Of a DNA stretch of 64,000 bases, positions 44,895-54,286 are shown piece by piece. The notes below the pieces were generated by a model, which saw only the letters and a program-made list of their open reading frames with translations, did no database searches and had not been told where the DNA came from. The DNA is from Deltaproteobacteria bacterium. GTDB lineage: Bacteria; Myxococcota_A; UBA9160; SMWR01. Numbering within the stretch: position 1 is the first letter of the stretch; each line of letters begins with the position of its first letter. Position numbers and translations under genes: made by a program. Location: assembly GCA_032128375.1 (NCBI GenBank), contig JAQBGU010000002.1:6400-70399 (forward strand). The letters run 5' to 3'.

Positions 44895-46871
44895 TCACTG
44901 TAGAGCGGCTTTTCTCGGCCTATCCTCCAGAAGTACACCCAGGTTGTACTGGGCCTCTGCGTAGTCCGGCCTGATCCGTAAGGCCTCTTGGTAGTGCGTC
45001 ATCGCCTCTGCGAGGCGTCCCAGGTCCTGGACGGCGAGGGCCCAGTTGTAGTGAGCCTCGGCCAGGTTCGTCTTGTTCCGCAAGGCATCTCGGTAGTGCG
45101 CGATCGCCTCCTCAGAACGGCCGAGGTTCGCCAACGCGGTTCCCCAGTTGTAATGGGCATCGGCGTAGTCCGGCTCGATCCGCAATGCGTGTTCGTAATG
45201 CGCAACTGACTCCTCGAAGCGCCCCAACAGCTGCAGGGCGGTGCCCCAGCCGTCATGGGCCTTGGCGTGATCCGGCTCCAACCGCAAGGCCTTTTGGTAA
45301 TGCGCCACCGCCTCTTCAGGACGGCCAAGACCCGCCAGGGCAACGCCCCAGTTGTAGTGGGCCTCCGCGTAGTCCGGCTCGATCTGCAACGCTTCTTGAA
45401 CTTGGGTCAGCGCCGCATCAAAGCGTCCGACCCTTCCCAGAGCGGCGCCCAGGTTGTTGTGGGCTCTGGCGTGCTGGGGGCTCTTCGAGACCACATCGCT
45501 CCAGAGCGTGATCTCGTCCTGCCAGACCTGGTTTCGGTGGTACGAACCTACTGCCAGTAGCAGACAGATGGCCGCGGGCACGGCGACCGCCCAGCCCGAC
45601 GGGGCCCCCGTTCCAGCGAACAGCAGCCAGGCCAGCAACAGTGAAAAGCCGACCATTGGCAGATACAACCGGTGCTCGAAAACCATCTCCAGCCCGATCA
45701 CACTCGATTCGATCACCAGGTGCAGGAAAAACCATAACAAGCAGAAGGAAGCAATCCGATGTCGGTGCGCCAGATAGAGGGTCAGGCCCAACAGGCCAGA
45801 GATACCCACCATCGAGAGCAACGTGGTGATCGGTTCGATCGGAGATTGCGAAGGGACGACTTGATGAATCAGGTTCAGTCGCGACGGATGTGGCACCGCC
45901 AGCAGGCTGAGATAGAACATGACGACGCGAAATTGTGTCATTAGCCGCTGGCCCAACGTGAAGTCACGATGGGCGTAGCTCGCCAACAACCTGTCGAGTG
46001 GCTCACTGCCCAGGTAGAGCCACGCCAGCAACCCCAGCAACCCCAGCAGCGCCAACGCCAGCAATCCGAACTTTGTGTTCTTCTTGGCACCAGCAACGCC
46101 CGAGTCCTGAAAGAAGTACCACTCGAACCACAGGATGGTCACCGGCAGGGTGACGGAGATCTGCTTGCTGCCCAAAGCCAATAGCCAACAGACAACGCTG
46201 CTTGCCCAAAGTGTCCAGCGACGACGGGGCGCCTGTGCAGTGCGTCCGTAGATATAGAGCAACAGCGCCGCCAGGTAGAAAAATGCGCACAGGCTGGTCA
46301 TCCGCTGGACGATGTACGTCACCGCCTGAGTTTGGATCGGATGACTGGCGAAGATCAGGGCAGCTGTCAGCGCGATCCAATGCGAAACGGAAGGCCGCAA
46401 CAGGCGGTCCTCGCGCGGCGGGACCCGCCGGAGCACGGCCAGCGCCAGCAGGTACACGAGCAAGGCAGTGAGCAGGTGGATGCCGATGTTGACGACATGG
46501 TATCCCCTGACGTTGTGCTGGCCGAAGTAGTAGTTCAGCGCGAAGGAAAGGTTCGCCACCGGCCGACTCGGACTGGGGCTCTCGCGCACGGCTCCTTGCA
46601 CGCCCGACCAGCTGAAGTCCGTCCAGCGTAGGCTCCGGTTGTCTTGGATGTTGGGAACGTCATCAAAGACAAACGGCCCGGAAAGGCTGTTCGAATAAGC
46701 GGCCAGACAGAGAACAGCGATAGATGACATCGCGAACACGTGAAATGCGCCGTGTCGGCCGGGGACTGAATCAACGGCGTTTTGCGACGCCGCTTTTCGC
46801 GGATTGGATTTTCGGCTGAAGCTCTTTCGACGGCCCACGCGTGCGATTGTAACCCGACCCGGGACTTGCAT
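44895..46871 (-). CDS. TMTC-like protein: GT-C-type membrane domain plus C-terminal TPR array
   Basis: N-terminal helices with FVFDDVPNIQDN (a DD loop-1 motif as in PMT/TMTC). The C-terminus has about 8 TPRs (repeated AHYNWGxAL...GRxEEAxxHYxxALRxxPDxAxA). Confidence 0.75.
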   Translation of the reverse strand: MQVPGRVTIARVGRRKSFSRKSNPRKAASQNAVDSVPGRHGAFHVFAMSSIAVLCLAAYSNSLSGPFVFDDVPNIQDNRSLRWTDFSWSGVQGAVRESPSPSRPVANLSFALNYYFGQHNVRGYHVVNIGIHLLTALLVYLLALAVLRRVPPREDRLLRPSVSHWIALTAALIFASHPIQTQAVTYIVQRMTSLCAFFYLAALLLYIYGRTAQAPRRRWTLWASSVVCWLLALGSKQISVTLPVTILWFEWYFFQDSGVAGAKKNTKFGLLALALLGLLGLLAWLYLGSEPLDRLLASYAHRDFTLGQRLMTQFRVVMFYLSLLAVPHPSRLNLIHQVVPSQSPIEPITTLLSMVGISGLLGLTLYLAHRHRIASFCLLWFFLHLVIESSVIGLEMVFEHRLYLPMVGFSLLLAWLLFAGTGAPSGWAVAVPAAICLLLAVGSYHRNQVWQDEITLWSDVVSKSPQHARAHNNLGAALGRVGRFDAALTQVQEALQIEPDYAEAHYNWGVALAGLGRPEEAVAHYQKALRLEPDHAKAHDGWGTALQLLGRFEESVAHYEHALRIEPDYADAHYNWGTALANLGRSEEAIAHYRDALRNKTNLAEAHYNWALAVQDLGRLAEAMTHYQEALRIRPDYAEAQYNLGVLLEDRPRKAALQ

Positions 46872-47056
46872 ACCTCGCTGGTCTCGTGCTCCACGGGCTT
46901 CTGAACGCCTCGGTCACGCGTTGCCGCCCCGGGTCGCGCATTTCGCCCGTGCATTCGGCCGCCTTGCCATTTCTGCTACTTGGCTGGGTACCCCTCCGAG
47001 TCGGCCTGCTAGAATTCTTGGAGCACAGTCACGGGCTCGGCTATGTTCGCGGCGTG

Positions 47057-48370
47057 ATGAAAAATATCTCGCGCACCATACTCGCTGCGATCGTGGGGGG
47101 TGTCGGGCTTACTGCATGTGACCCGGCAGAATCTCCCGAACCCGTCAAGTCGCTGCCGGTCGAGTCCGAGGCGGTCGATCGCGTCGCACCGGCCCACGCG
47201 CCAGAAATGACCAGCGCCGACGACACGGTAACGGCTGAGATCCGCAAATCCCTCGCAGAGGTCATGCGGGACCCAGATGCCTTCTCGAGGGCCCGAAAGC
47301 TCGGGGCCCTGCTTCCCACGTTGGGCCCAGAGGGTGTTGAGGCGGCCGCACAAACGCTCAAGGATGAAGCGCTCAATAAGGGACCCTCTGATCGCGAGTT
47401 GCTGGTGCGGTACTGGGCGACCCATCAACCGGAGAACGTGGCGAATTGGTCCCGTTTCTCGCCACCGCTCTTTCGTATGAGCACAATCATCGTCGCGCTC
47501 GCGATGTGGGCAGAGGCGGATCCGGCGGCTGCGCTCAGTGCCTCCGAGCAATGGATGAGAGAGGACCCTACGCTCTCGAATGTCGTGCCGATCGCTCTGG
47601 TGACCGGGTGGTACGCGAACGGGGACTCTCCCGAGCTCGGGCAATGGATCCAAGGCCTCGGAGCGAGCTTCACCCAGCAGCGCGCGATCGCCACCTACGT
47701 GCGCGTCCTCATCCAGTCTCACGGGCGCGGAAAGGCGGAGCACTGGGCCCAGTCGCTTTCCGACGACGACGGACAATTCAAGCTGGCCGCCTACCGCCAG
47801 GTGGCCTCTGCGCTGCCGCTATTCGATCACGACTCCGGTATCGCGTGGTGCGAAGCACACTGCGAAGGACCCTACGGCAAGAACCTGCGAAGCCTGATCG
47901 CCAGACAATGGGCCTATGAGGACGGAGAGGCCGCGGTCGATTGGATCCTGAGTGCGCCCCAAAACAAGGACAACGACTTGGCTCTGCGCGCCACCTACGC
48001 GCTCTGGGGCCGGTCCTCCGATCGACAGGCAGCGTTGCACTGGATGGCTAGTCGGATTGCCGGACAGCGGCTGGACCCCAGGCTCGCCCCGATTCTGCCT
48101 GTCTATGCGCTGTTGGTCACAGAGGATTCACCCAGCGATGCGATCGAGTTTGCGATGCGGATCGAAGACGAAGTCGATCGTGCGAATGTGCTCGTCTTGA
48201 TCGTTCGAGAGTGGCGCAATACCGACCCGGACGCGTCCGAGGCTTGGCTCCTCCAATCGCCGCTCACGCCGGAGGAACGGGACAGAGCGCGCAGTAGAAG
48301 CGGTCAGCTAAACCAGCCGGAGCAGACGGGCGAGGAAGACACGACGGAGACGCCGCCCGAAGATTCGTAA
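47057..48370 (+). CDS. lipoprotein of unknown function, helical-repeat rich
   Basis: MKNISRTILAAIVGGVGLTAC lipobox, followed by repeated W/A-rich helical hairpins and an acidic C-terminal tail. Confidence 0.6.
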   Translation: MKNISRTILAAIVGGVGLTACDPAESPEPVKSLPVESEAVDRVAPAHAPEMTSADDTVTAEIRKSLAEVMRDPDAFSRARKLGALLPTLGPEGVEAAAQTLKDEALNKGPSDRELLVRYWATHQPENVANWSRFSPPLFRMSTIIVALAMWAEADPAAALSASEQWMREDPTLSNVVPIALVTGWYANGDSPELGQWIQGLGASFTQQRAIATYVRVLIQSHGRGKAEHWAQSLSDDDGQFKLAAYRQVASALPLFDHDSGIAWCEAHCEGPYGKNLRSLIARQWAYEDGEAAVDWILSAPQNKDNDLALRATYALWGRSSDRQAALHWMASRIAGQRLDPRLAPILPVYALLVTEDSPSDAIEFAMRIEDEVDRANVLVLIVREWRNTDPDASEAWLLQSPLTPEERDRARSRSGQLNQPEQTGEEDTTETPPEDS

Positions 48371-48501
48371 GAGTCGTGGATTGAACTGCGCGGCGCATGC
48401 ATTGGAATACGCGGTCTAAGAACGGGCCTGGAAGCTTGGGTACGGCGGTAAGCGATCAGAGAGACCCAAATCTTCGGACCACAGTGCGGACCACAACGTG
48501 G

Positions 48502-48795
48502 TTATCTGCCGCGCCAAACGATCTCTTCGCCCACAGCATAAAGCACGCATTCCGCCCGCATCCGCTGGATTTCGCGGCGGATGCGACATTGGGCGAGCGC
48601 CTCGGCGCTGGCCTCATCGAGCGTAAGGTAGCCGCTCGCTGCCGCCGTGACCCACCGAACTCGTCGAGGGTCTCCAGCGATCGCCAGCGCACGTTCCACC
48701 GGTAATTCGAGGAAATGCCGCCAGATCGAGACGAGATTCGGGTGCGGTGAGGCACCCTTCGATGCACAGGCCGATGCACCGGCGATGTGCATCAC
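48502..48795 (-). CDS. possible small hypothetical protein
   Basis: ...NLVSIWRHFLELPVERALAIAGDPRRVRWVTAAASGYLTLDEASAEALAQCRIRREIQRMRAECVLYAVGEE... has protein-like composition. No family is recognised and the start is unclear. Confidence 0.25.
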   Translation of the reverse strand: MMHIAGASACASKGASPHPNLVSIWRHFLELPVERALAIAGDPRRVRWVTAAASGYLTLDEASAEALAQCRIRREIQRMRAECVLYAVGEEIVWRGR

Positions 48796-48824
48796 GGCCC
48801 AAAGGATGGCGGCGGTGCGTCCGA

Positions 48825-48872
48825 CCGAAACAATACGAAACGGGGCGGATCGATCGAAATCAATCCGCCCCG
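48825..48872 (-). terminator. rho-independent terminator of the IPTL-CTERM protein gene
   Basis: Perfect 10-bp stem CGGGGCGGAT / ATCCGCCCCG with a 12-nt loop (48841-48872). On the minus strand it is followed by TTTCGTATTGTTTCGG, 50 nt after the stop at 48923. Confidence 0.7.
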
Positions 48873-48922
48873 TCCATTCTGCCAGAGCGTGTTTCAGAGA
48901 GGCTCTAAGCGTCGACTTACCC

Positions 48923-50077
48923 TTACGACGCCGTAGCCCACCGTGCTCGCTTCGCGTAGCCGAGTGCGACCAGCGCGATGAACCCGGCTGCAGTTACGCG
49001 TCCCCATGTGGACAATGCGGGAACGAAAGTTTCGTTGCCAATCACGAGCTTGAGCCAACCACGATTCGCGTTCGGGCCCGACAGGGTTCGGTCGCTCAAA
49101 GAGCCGGCGACCATCGAGATCATCCCGTTGCCGTTCGCATTTCGCATGTCCGTGCCTGAGAGCGTGAAGTGCTCCATCGGCGATGCGCTGGGTACGTCAA
49201 TTGTAATTCTGCCCGCGGTCCAAGGGTAACCCACGGAGGTCGCGGCGTTGACCAGAGCAGGACCAGCCGCAATGATGACGCCTGGCTTCATCAAGAGCGT
49301 TCCTGGGGGAGCAAGGCCAACACTGAGAGCAACTACCGCGGCGAGCGGGGGAAGGCCAAAATCCATCACTGTGACACCCGGCGTGGCGCCGATGGCTCCG
49401 AGTCCGCTGGGATATGCGCCGACCATGAGGGCTCGGCAGGCAGCGCTAGCAGTGGATAGCGGAGGGTAAATGGTGTGGTGGCACGCCGGAGGCGCACCGC
49501 CGCCAACCAGATAAACACTCACCGGCGCTCCGGGGAACAGGCCCTTCCCACCCGGGTAGCTGAGTTTTCCCCGGGCCGCGCCGCCGAAGGCTTTCGCCAG
49601 GTTTCCCGGCGAATACCGAATACTTTTCGCACCCACCAGGTAGGTGTGCGTCTGGTCCCCAACCGATCGGACTCCCGTCGAGAACATCCTCCCGCCCGAA
49701 GCTCCAGCGGGAAATTCGTAAGTCAAGGCAGTCCCGACCGCGTAGACGGCCGTGTTCGATGTGTACACACCCACCGTCGTCAGCGTAGAGTCCTTCCTGA
49801 GCACGCCAACCGGAAGGGTGATCTTCGCCTGTGCGGCCATCGCGGTCACATAGACCGGCCTGTCGACACCACCCTTGCGCGGAATCAGAAGCGTTGGCTG
49901 CTGCGAACCCGTGCCAACAAACGCGGCCTGGATCGGTAGTGCCAAGCCGTTGCCGATGTGGAACTGCGCGCCGGACCCGGCGAGCAGAGACTTCAGCTGT
50001 CCGACCGCCTGAGCACTGGTCGCTAAGACCAGGCTCAGCAAAATCGCAGTGAATAACATGGTGCATTTTTGCAACAT
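48923..50077 (-). CDS. secreted Gly/Ala/Pro-rich protein with IPTL-CTERM-like sorting signal
   Basis: Signal peptide MLQKCTMLFTAILLSLVLATSAQA. The C-terminus ...FVPALSTWGRVTAAGFIALVALGYAKRARWATAS is [IV]P[TA]LSxWG plus a TM helix plus a basic tail, like the IPTLSEWG sorting domain. GGGGAGA lies upstream of ATG 50077. Confidence 0.65.
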   Translation of the reverse strand: MLQKCTMLFTAILLSLVLATSAQAVGQLKSLLAGSGAQFHIGNGLALPIQAAFVGTGSQQPTLLIPRKGGVDRPVYVTAMAAQAKITLPVGVLRKDSTLTTVGVYTSNTAVYAVGTALTYEFPAGASGGRMFSTGVRSVGDQTHTYLVGAKSIRYSPGNLAKAFGGAARGKLSYPGGKGLFPGAPVSVYLVGGGAPPACHHTIYPPLSTASAACRALMVGAYPSGLGAIGATPGVTVMDFGLPPLAAVVALSVGLAPPGTLLMKPGVIIAAGPALVNAATSVGYPWTAGRITIDVPSASPMEHFTLSGTDMRNANGNGMISMVAGSLSDRTLSGPNANRGWLKLVIGNETFVPALSTWGRVTAAGFIALVALGYAKRARWATAS

Positions 50078-50103
50078 CAAAATATCTCCCCTTGTTGGTA
50101 AGC

Positions 50104-50125
50104 GATCTCCGGCGTTCCGGAGATC
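50104..50125 (-). other. perfect 9-bp-stem hairpin in the 5' leader of the IPTL-CTERM protein gene
   Basis: GATCTCCGG-CGTT-CCGGAGATC, 27 nt upstream of the start codon. It is not followed by a T-tract on either strand, so it is not a terminator. Confidence 0.6.
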
Positions 50126-50414
50126 CGACCTAACCGGATCAGAACATGCCCTTCGTTATGGAATGAGCGTCATCGCACAGAACGTACCCGATGCAATCTC
50201 TGTGCCTAGAAGTGACGACCTTTTGATCCGAAATTTTTACTAGAAAAATCAAATATTTATGGACGATTCGCGGTTCGTCAGGTGAACTGGTTGGCGGCGT
50301 TTCTGATGGAGAGAGGAAATGTCTTTCCACGCATGTGGAACACGCTTTCCGAGTTTGTCATCCCGCGGGGATCGGGCTGCGCGCTACAGGCACCAGGCGG
50401 TGACCGTAGAAGAG

Positions 50415-52745
50415 CTAGCCTTGCGAAACTGCAGCCGCGGAAGCAGCCTCGCGAAGCTTCTGAGCGCGCTCGGCCGCCTGTGCGGCGGGCTCTGGCTCGC
50501 CCCGCTGGAGGTGGACCCGGCTGAGCAGCTCGAGTGTATCGGGGCCGTGGCGCAGGTTCACGGCTCGGCGGGCTCGCTCGAGCGTCCGATCGGTCGCGGC
50601 CCCGCGCTCGAGGTCCAGTCGAGCGCGTTCAGAAGCTGCCTCGGCGTCGAAGGGGTGCTCCACCAGCAGCCTGTCGAGCCGCTCGGCCGCCAGCTCGGGT
50701 TTTCCCGCGGCGACGAGTGCTCTCGCTGACAGAAGCTGCAGGTTGGGATCGGAGGGGTCCGCTGATGCGGCGCGGTCGAACAAGACCAGGGCTGCCTCGG
50801 CGTCGTCGGCCAGGGCCAGCCGACCCAATCCCGCTAGCGCCTGCGCGTTGCCTGGCTCGATCTCCAGCGCGCGCGTGTAGGCCGCGCGTACGGCGTCTCC
50901 CGGGGCTCCAGACAGCTCGAGGTTCAATCCTCTGATCTCCTGGAATGCGCTCGAATCGGGGTACGCGGCGAGAATCCTCGTGAGGCTTGCCGCCTGCTCC
51001 GCAGCCTTCCCCTCCACCAGATGCGAAATGCGCACACGCGCTCGCAAAACAGCGGAGAAGCGCGGATCTTCGAAGTCGAGCGCCGGTAGGCTCGCCAGCA
51101 TCTTCAGCGCCTTGGCTGGGCCGGCCAGCCAGGATACGTCCTCGGCAGCATCAGCCACCACCGGCACAGCCAGATCCGTCCCGAACCTCGTGAGCGCGTC
51201 GGTCACAGCAGCCGTCTGGCCCAGAATCGCCCACAAGCGCAATTGCATCAGCTGCCCCTCGATCGGCAGAGGCGCCTCGTCCGCAGCGGTCTGGAGCATC
51301 TGCAATGCGGATCTTGGCTGCCCCAGCGCGAGCAGCAGATCTGCGCCACGCGTGCGAGCATCGGTCGAGCCTGCGTCGATGCGCACCGCATAGCGGTATT
51401 CTGCCAGCGCGCGCTCGAAGTCGCCGAACTCTTCGGCCGCGAGTGCTGCGTAGTAGCGGCCCCAGGGGTTGTCGGGCCAGAGCTTGAGGGCCCCATCGAA
51501 TTCTCTCAGTGCCTGGGCAGGTTGCCGACGCTCCTGTGCGACGCGCGCGCGGATCAGCTGGCGTTGCGCAGGATTGGAGAGGCGCGCCGCAACGTCGAAG
51601 GCCTCATCGAGCCGGCCGGCCAGCACCAGCACATCAGCGTATCCGAACAGCAGTGGCGCCTCGGGTGAGCCCGTTTCGCGAGCCAGCCCGATGCCTCGCT
51701 CGATCGCGTCGGCCGCGGCAGCGAACTCTCCCTGTGCGCGGCGGAGTTCGCCGAGATCCAACCAAGCGGTGGCAGCTACCAGCGGGTTCTCCGATTGCGT
51801 GGGCTCGCGTAGTACGGCGTCGGCCTCGGCGGTGTTGCCCGAACCGCTCAGTCGCAGGGCGAGTGCCAGCCTGAACGCCCGCGAGGTTGGAGACGCCGCC
51901 AGCGCCGATCTCAGTACCTCGAGCGCGCGTTCAGGTTCGCCCATCTCGTCGTAGAAGGTCGCCGCGTTCGTCACCACCTCCGAGTTGCTCGGATGCGCAT
52001 CGAGACACCTGATCCAGGTCTCGCGCGCCTGCTCGAGTTTTTCGCTCTCCCGCTCGAATGCCGCCGTCGTGGAACAGTGCCATGCGAGTACAGCCTGTTT
52101 GGTCGGATTGTCCTGATCTCCGCTCTCCTGCAGCCGGCGACCCGCCTCCGCGAGCGCCTCGCTCGCTTCGTCGAGCCGATCGAGGCTGAGGAGTGCGAGG
52201 ATTTTCGGTTCGTAGGCATCGAGGGCGTCGGGATTGAGTTCGAGCAATCGCTCTGCGTCGGCCAACGCGAGCTCGGGGTCCTTCCTCCAGTGGGCATAGG
52301 CATTCCCACGCATCATCAGCGCGGACTCATTATCTGGCTCGACTTCCAGCACGCGCCCACTGACCTCGACGACCTCGTTGAAGTCATTGGAAACGAGCGC
52401 CCCATAGGCGAGAGACAAGCCGGCCCGCACGAGCCACTCGGGGTCGTTCATCGCCTTGCGAAACGACCAGACCGCCAGGTTCCCCTGGTTGGTGGAAGTG
52501 AGCGCCGTCCCGTAGAGATAGTTCGCTTCCGAGTCATCCGGGTTCGCCTCCAGATATTCCCGAAGCGGCTCGATAGATCCCAGATAATCTCCGATCAATT
52601 GTTGCTGGCGGATGGCTTCGAGCGGGTCGGCCTGCTCGCAAGCGCTGAGTGCGCTGAGTGCGCTGAGTGTTAGGCAGCTGAGTAACCCGATTCTGATCGC
52701 GTGACGCAGGTTCCCGCACGGAATGGCTCGGAGGGCCTGATGCAT
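50415..52745 (-). CDS. large TPR-repeat lipoprotein
   Basis: MHQALRAIPCGNLRHAIRIGLLSCLTLSALSALSAC lipobox, then about 750 aa of TPR-like helical repeats. The start is chosen to clear the divergent gene at 52806. Confidence 0.7.
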   Translation of the reverse strand: MHQALRAIPCGNLRHAIRIGLLSCLTLSALSALSACEQADPLEAIRQQQLIGDYLGSIEPLREYLEANPDDSEANYLYGTALTSTNQGNLAVWSFRKAMNDPEWLVRAGLSLAYGALVSNDFNEVVEVSGRVLEVEPDNESALMMRGNAYAHWRKDPELALADAERLLELNPDALDAYEPKILALLSLDRLDEASEALAEAGRRLQESGDQDNPTKQAVLAWHCSTTAAFERESEKLEQARETWIRCLDAHPSNSEVVTNAATFYDEMGEPERALEVLRSALAASPTSRAFRLALALRLSGSGNTAEADAVLREPTQSENPLVAATAWLDLGELRRAQGEFAAAADAIERGIGLARETGSPEAPLLFGYADVLVLAGRLDEAFDVAARLSNPAQRQLIRARVAQERRQPAQALREFDGALKLWPDNPWGRYYAALAAEEFGDFERALAEYRYAVRIDAGSTDARTRGADLLLALGQPRSALQMLQTAADEAPLPIEGQLMQLRLWAILGQTAAVTDALTRFGTDLAVPVVADAAEDVSWLAGPAKALKMLASLPALDFEDPRFSAVLRARVRISHLVEGKAAEQAASLTRILAAYPDSSAFQEIRGLNLELSGAPGDAVRAAYTRALEIEPGNAQALAGLGRLALADDAEAALVLFDRAASADPSDPNLQLLSARALVAAGKPELAAERLDRLLVEHPFDAEAASERARLDLERGAATDRTLERARRAVNLRHGPDTLELLSRVHLQRGEPEPAAQAAERAQKLREAASAAAVSQG
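52642..52683. repeat. 9-bp in-frame tandem repeat (GCGCTGAGT x3 plus a degenerate copy) inside the signal-peptide coding region
   Basis: Copies at 52642-50, 52651-59 and 52660-68 are identical. They encode LSALSALSA immediately before the lipobox Cys. Confidence 0.9.
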
Positions 52746-52805
52746 TGTCGGACTGTAGACGATGCCTGCGGTCCTGAACCAGGGTCGCTTCGCTACATTG
52801 CGCGC

Positions 52806-54209
52806 ATGCATAAGCGAATACTCGAGCGGCGCTGGCCTTGGCTTACCGCAGGAGGGCTTGGCGTAGCCGTGTTCCTGTTGACATTCGTCCAGATCGGAGA
52901 CTGGGATCGGCGCCCGAGCGGTTCCGTCGATGACATCGCTCGGCTCAAGGACCGCAGCGACGTGAACGTGCTGTTCCTCCTGATCGATACGCTGCGCGCC
53001 GAACACCTCGGCAGTTACGGCTACGAGCGCGACACCAGCCCACTGCTCGATCGTCTCGCGCGTTCGGGTGTTCGTTTCGATCGCCATCTGGCTCAATCCA
53101 CCTGGACCAAATCCTCGATGGCCTCGCTGTGGACCGGGCTCTACCCCGCGCGTACCGGAATCACGCGATTCGATGACGTGATTCCCGACGTCGCGGTGAT
53201 GGCTCCGGAGCGGCTGCGCGAGGCGGGTTTCCAGAGTGTTGGGTTGTATCGCAACGGCTGGGTCGCTCCGACGTTCGGCTTCGATCAGGGATTCGAGGTG
53301 TACGAAAAACCCACACCGTCACCGCTTCCTACGCATGTTCGGCGCGAGAATCCGACGGTCAGCGACAAGGGCACCGACCAGGCGGTGATCGAGGCCGCGC
53401 AAGAGTTTCTTCGCGTCAACGGCCGCGAGCGCTGGTTCCTCTATCTACACCTGATGGACCTCCACGAGTACATCTACAGCCAGGAGACCGCGCTGTTTGG
53501 CAACGCCTACGAGGACATTTACGACAACTCGATCCGCTGGACGGACGACTCGATCGGGTTCCTGATCGAGACGCTCGCCCATCTCGAACTGCTCGAAAAC
53601 ACGCTCGTCGTCGTTGCAGCGGACCATGGCGAGGCATTCCTCGAGCGGGGTTTCGAGGGTCATGCGCGCGAGGTCTACCGGGAGACGACGGACGTTCCGC
53701 TACTGATCTCGTTTCCCTTCCGCCTCGATCCCGGCATCGTCGTCAATACGCGCACCCAAAACGTGGACGTCTGGCCCACGCTTCTCGACTTGCTCGGTCT
53801 CGAGCCGCTCGCGGGGGTCGACGGCCGCTCGCGGGTGCCCGACATCCTGTCGAGCGCGTCTGGGCAAGAAATCGATCCCGTTGGGCAGATTGCGATCACG
53901 TCTCTGGACCAGAATTGGGCTCGGCGCGACAGCCAACCCTTGGAGACGATCGCGGTCCTAGACGGCCCATTGCGCTACGTCCGTAGAGAGCATCCCGGGG
54001 GTACCACCCGCGAGGAACTGTTCGACGCCTCCGACGATCCGCTCGAGCTTCGCGATCGCCTTGCCGAGAATGCGCAGGACGTCGCGCGGCTCAGCGCGAT
54101 GGCGGAAGAATACTACGAGGCGAAACCCAGCTGGGGCGAGTCGCCGACGCGAGAAATCGGCGAACTCGAACTCAACCTGCTGAGGGCCCTGGGCTACCAG
54201 ATCGACTGA
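52806..54209 (+). CDS. sulfatase-like hydrolase/transferase (alkaline phosphatase superfamily) with Thr in the nucleophile position
   Basis: N-terminal TM helix; LFLLIDTLRAEHLG; QSTWTKSSMASLWTGLYP aligns T-K-S-S-M where sulfatases have C-x-P-S-R; AADHGEAF. Confidence 0.75.
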   Translation: MHKRILERRWPWLTAGGLGVAVFLLTFVQIGDWDRRPSGSVDDIARLKDRSDVNVLFLLIDTLRAEHLGSYGYERDTSPLLDRLARSGVRFDRHLAQSTWTKSSMASLWTGLYPARTGITRFDDVIPDVAVMAPERLREAGFQSVGLYRNGWVAPTFGFDQGFEVYEKPTPSPLPTHVRRENPTVSDKGTDQAVIEAAQEFLRVNGRERWFLYLHLMDLHEYIYSQETALFGNAYEDIYDNSIRWTDDSIGFLIETLAHLELLENTLVVVAADHGEAFLERGFEGHAREVYRETTDVPLLISFPFRLDPGIVVNTRTQNVDVWPTLLDLLGLEPLAGVDGRSRVPDILSSASGQEIDPVGQIAITSLDQNWARRDSQPLETIAVLDGPLRYVRREHPGGTTREELFDASDDPLELRDRLAENAQDVARLSAMAEEYYEAKPSWGESPTREIGELELNLLRALGYQID

Positions 54210-54286
54210 GTCCCGCCGAGGCCCATGATCTGATCCCGCGATCGCAGCCGCTTCGCGAGAACGGGTCGTCGGGCTTGATTACTGGA

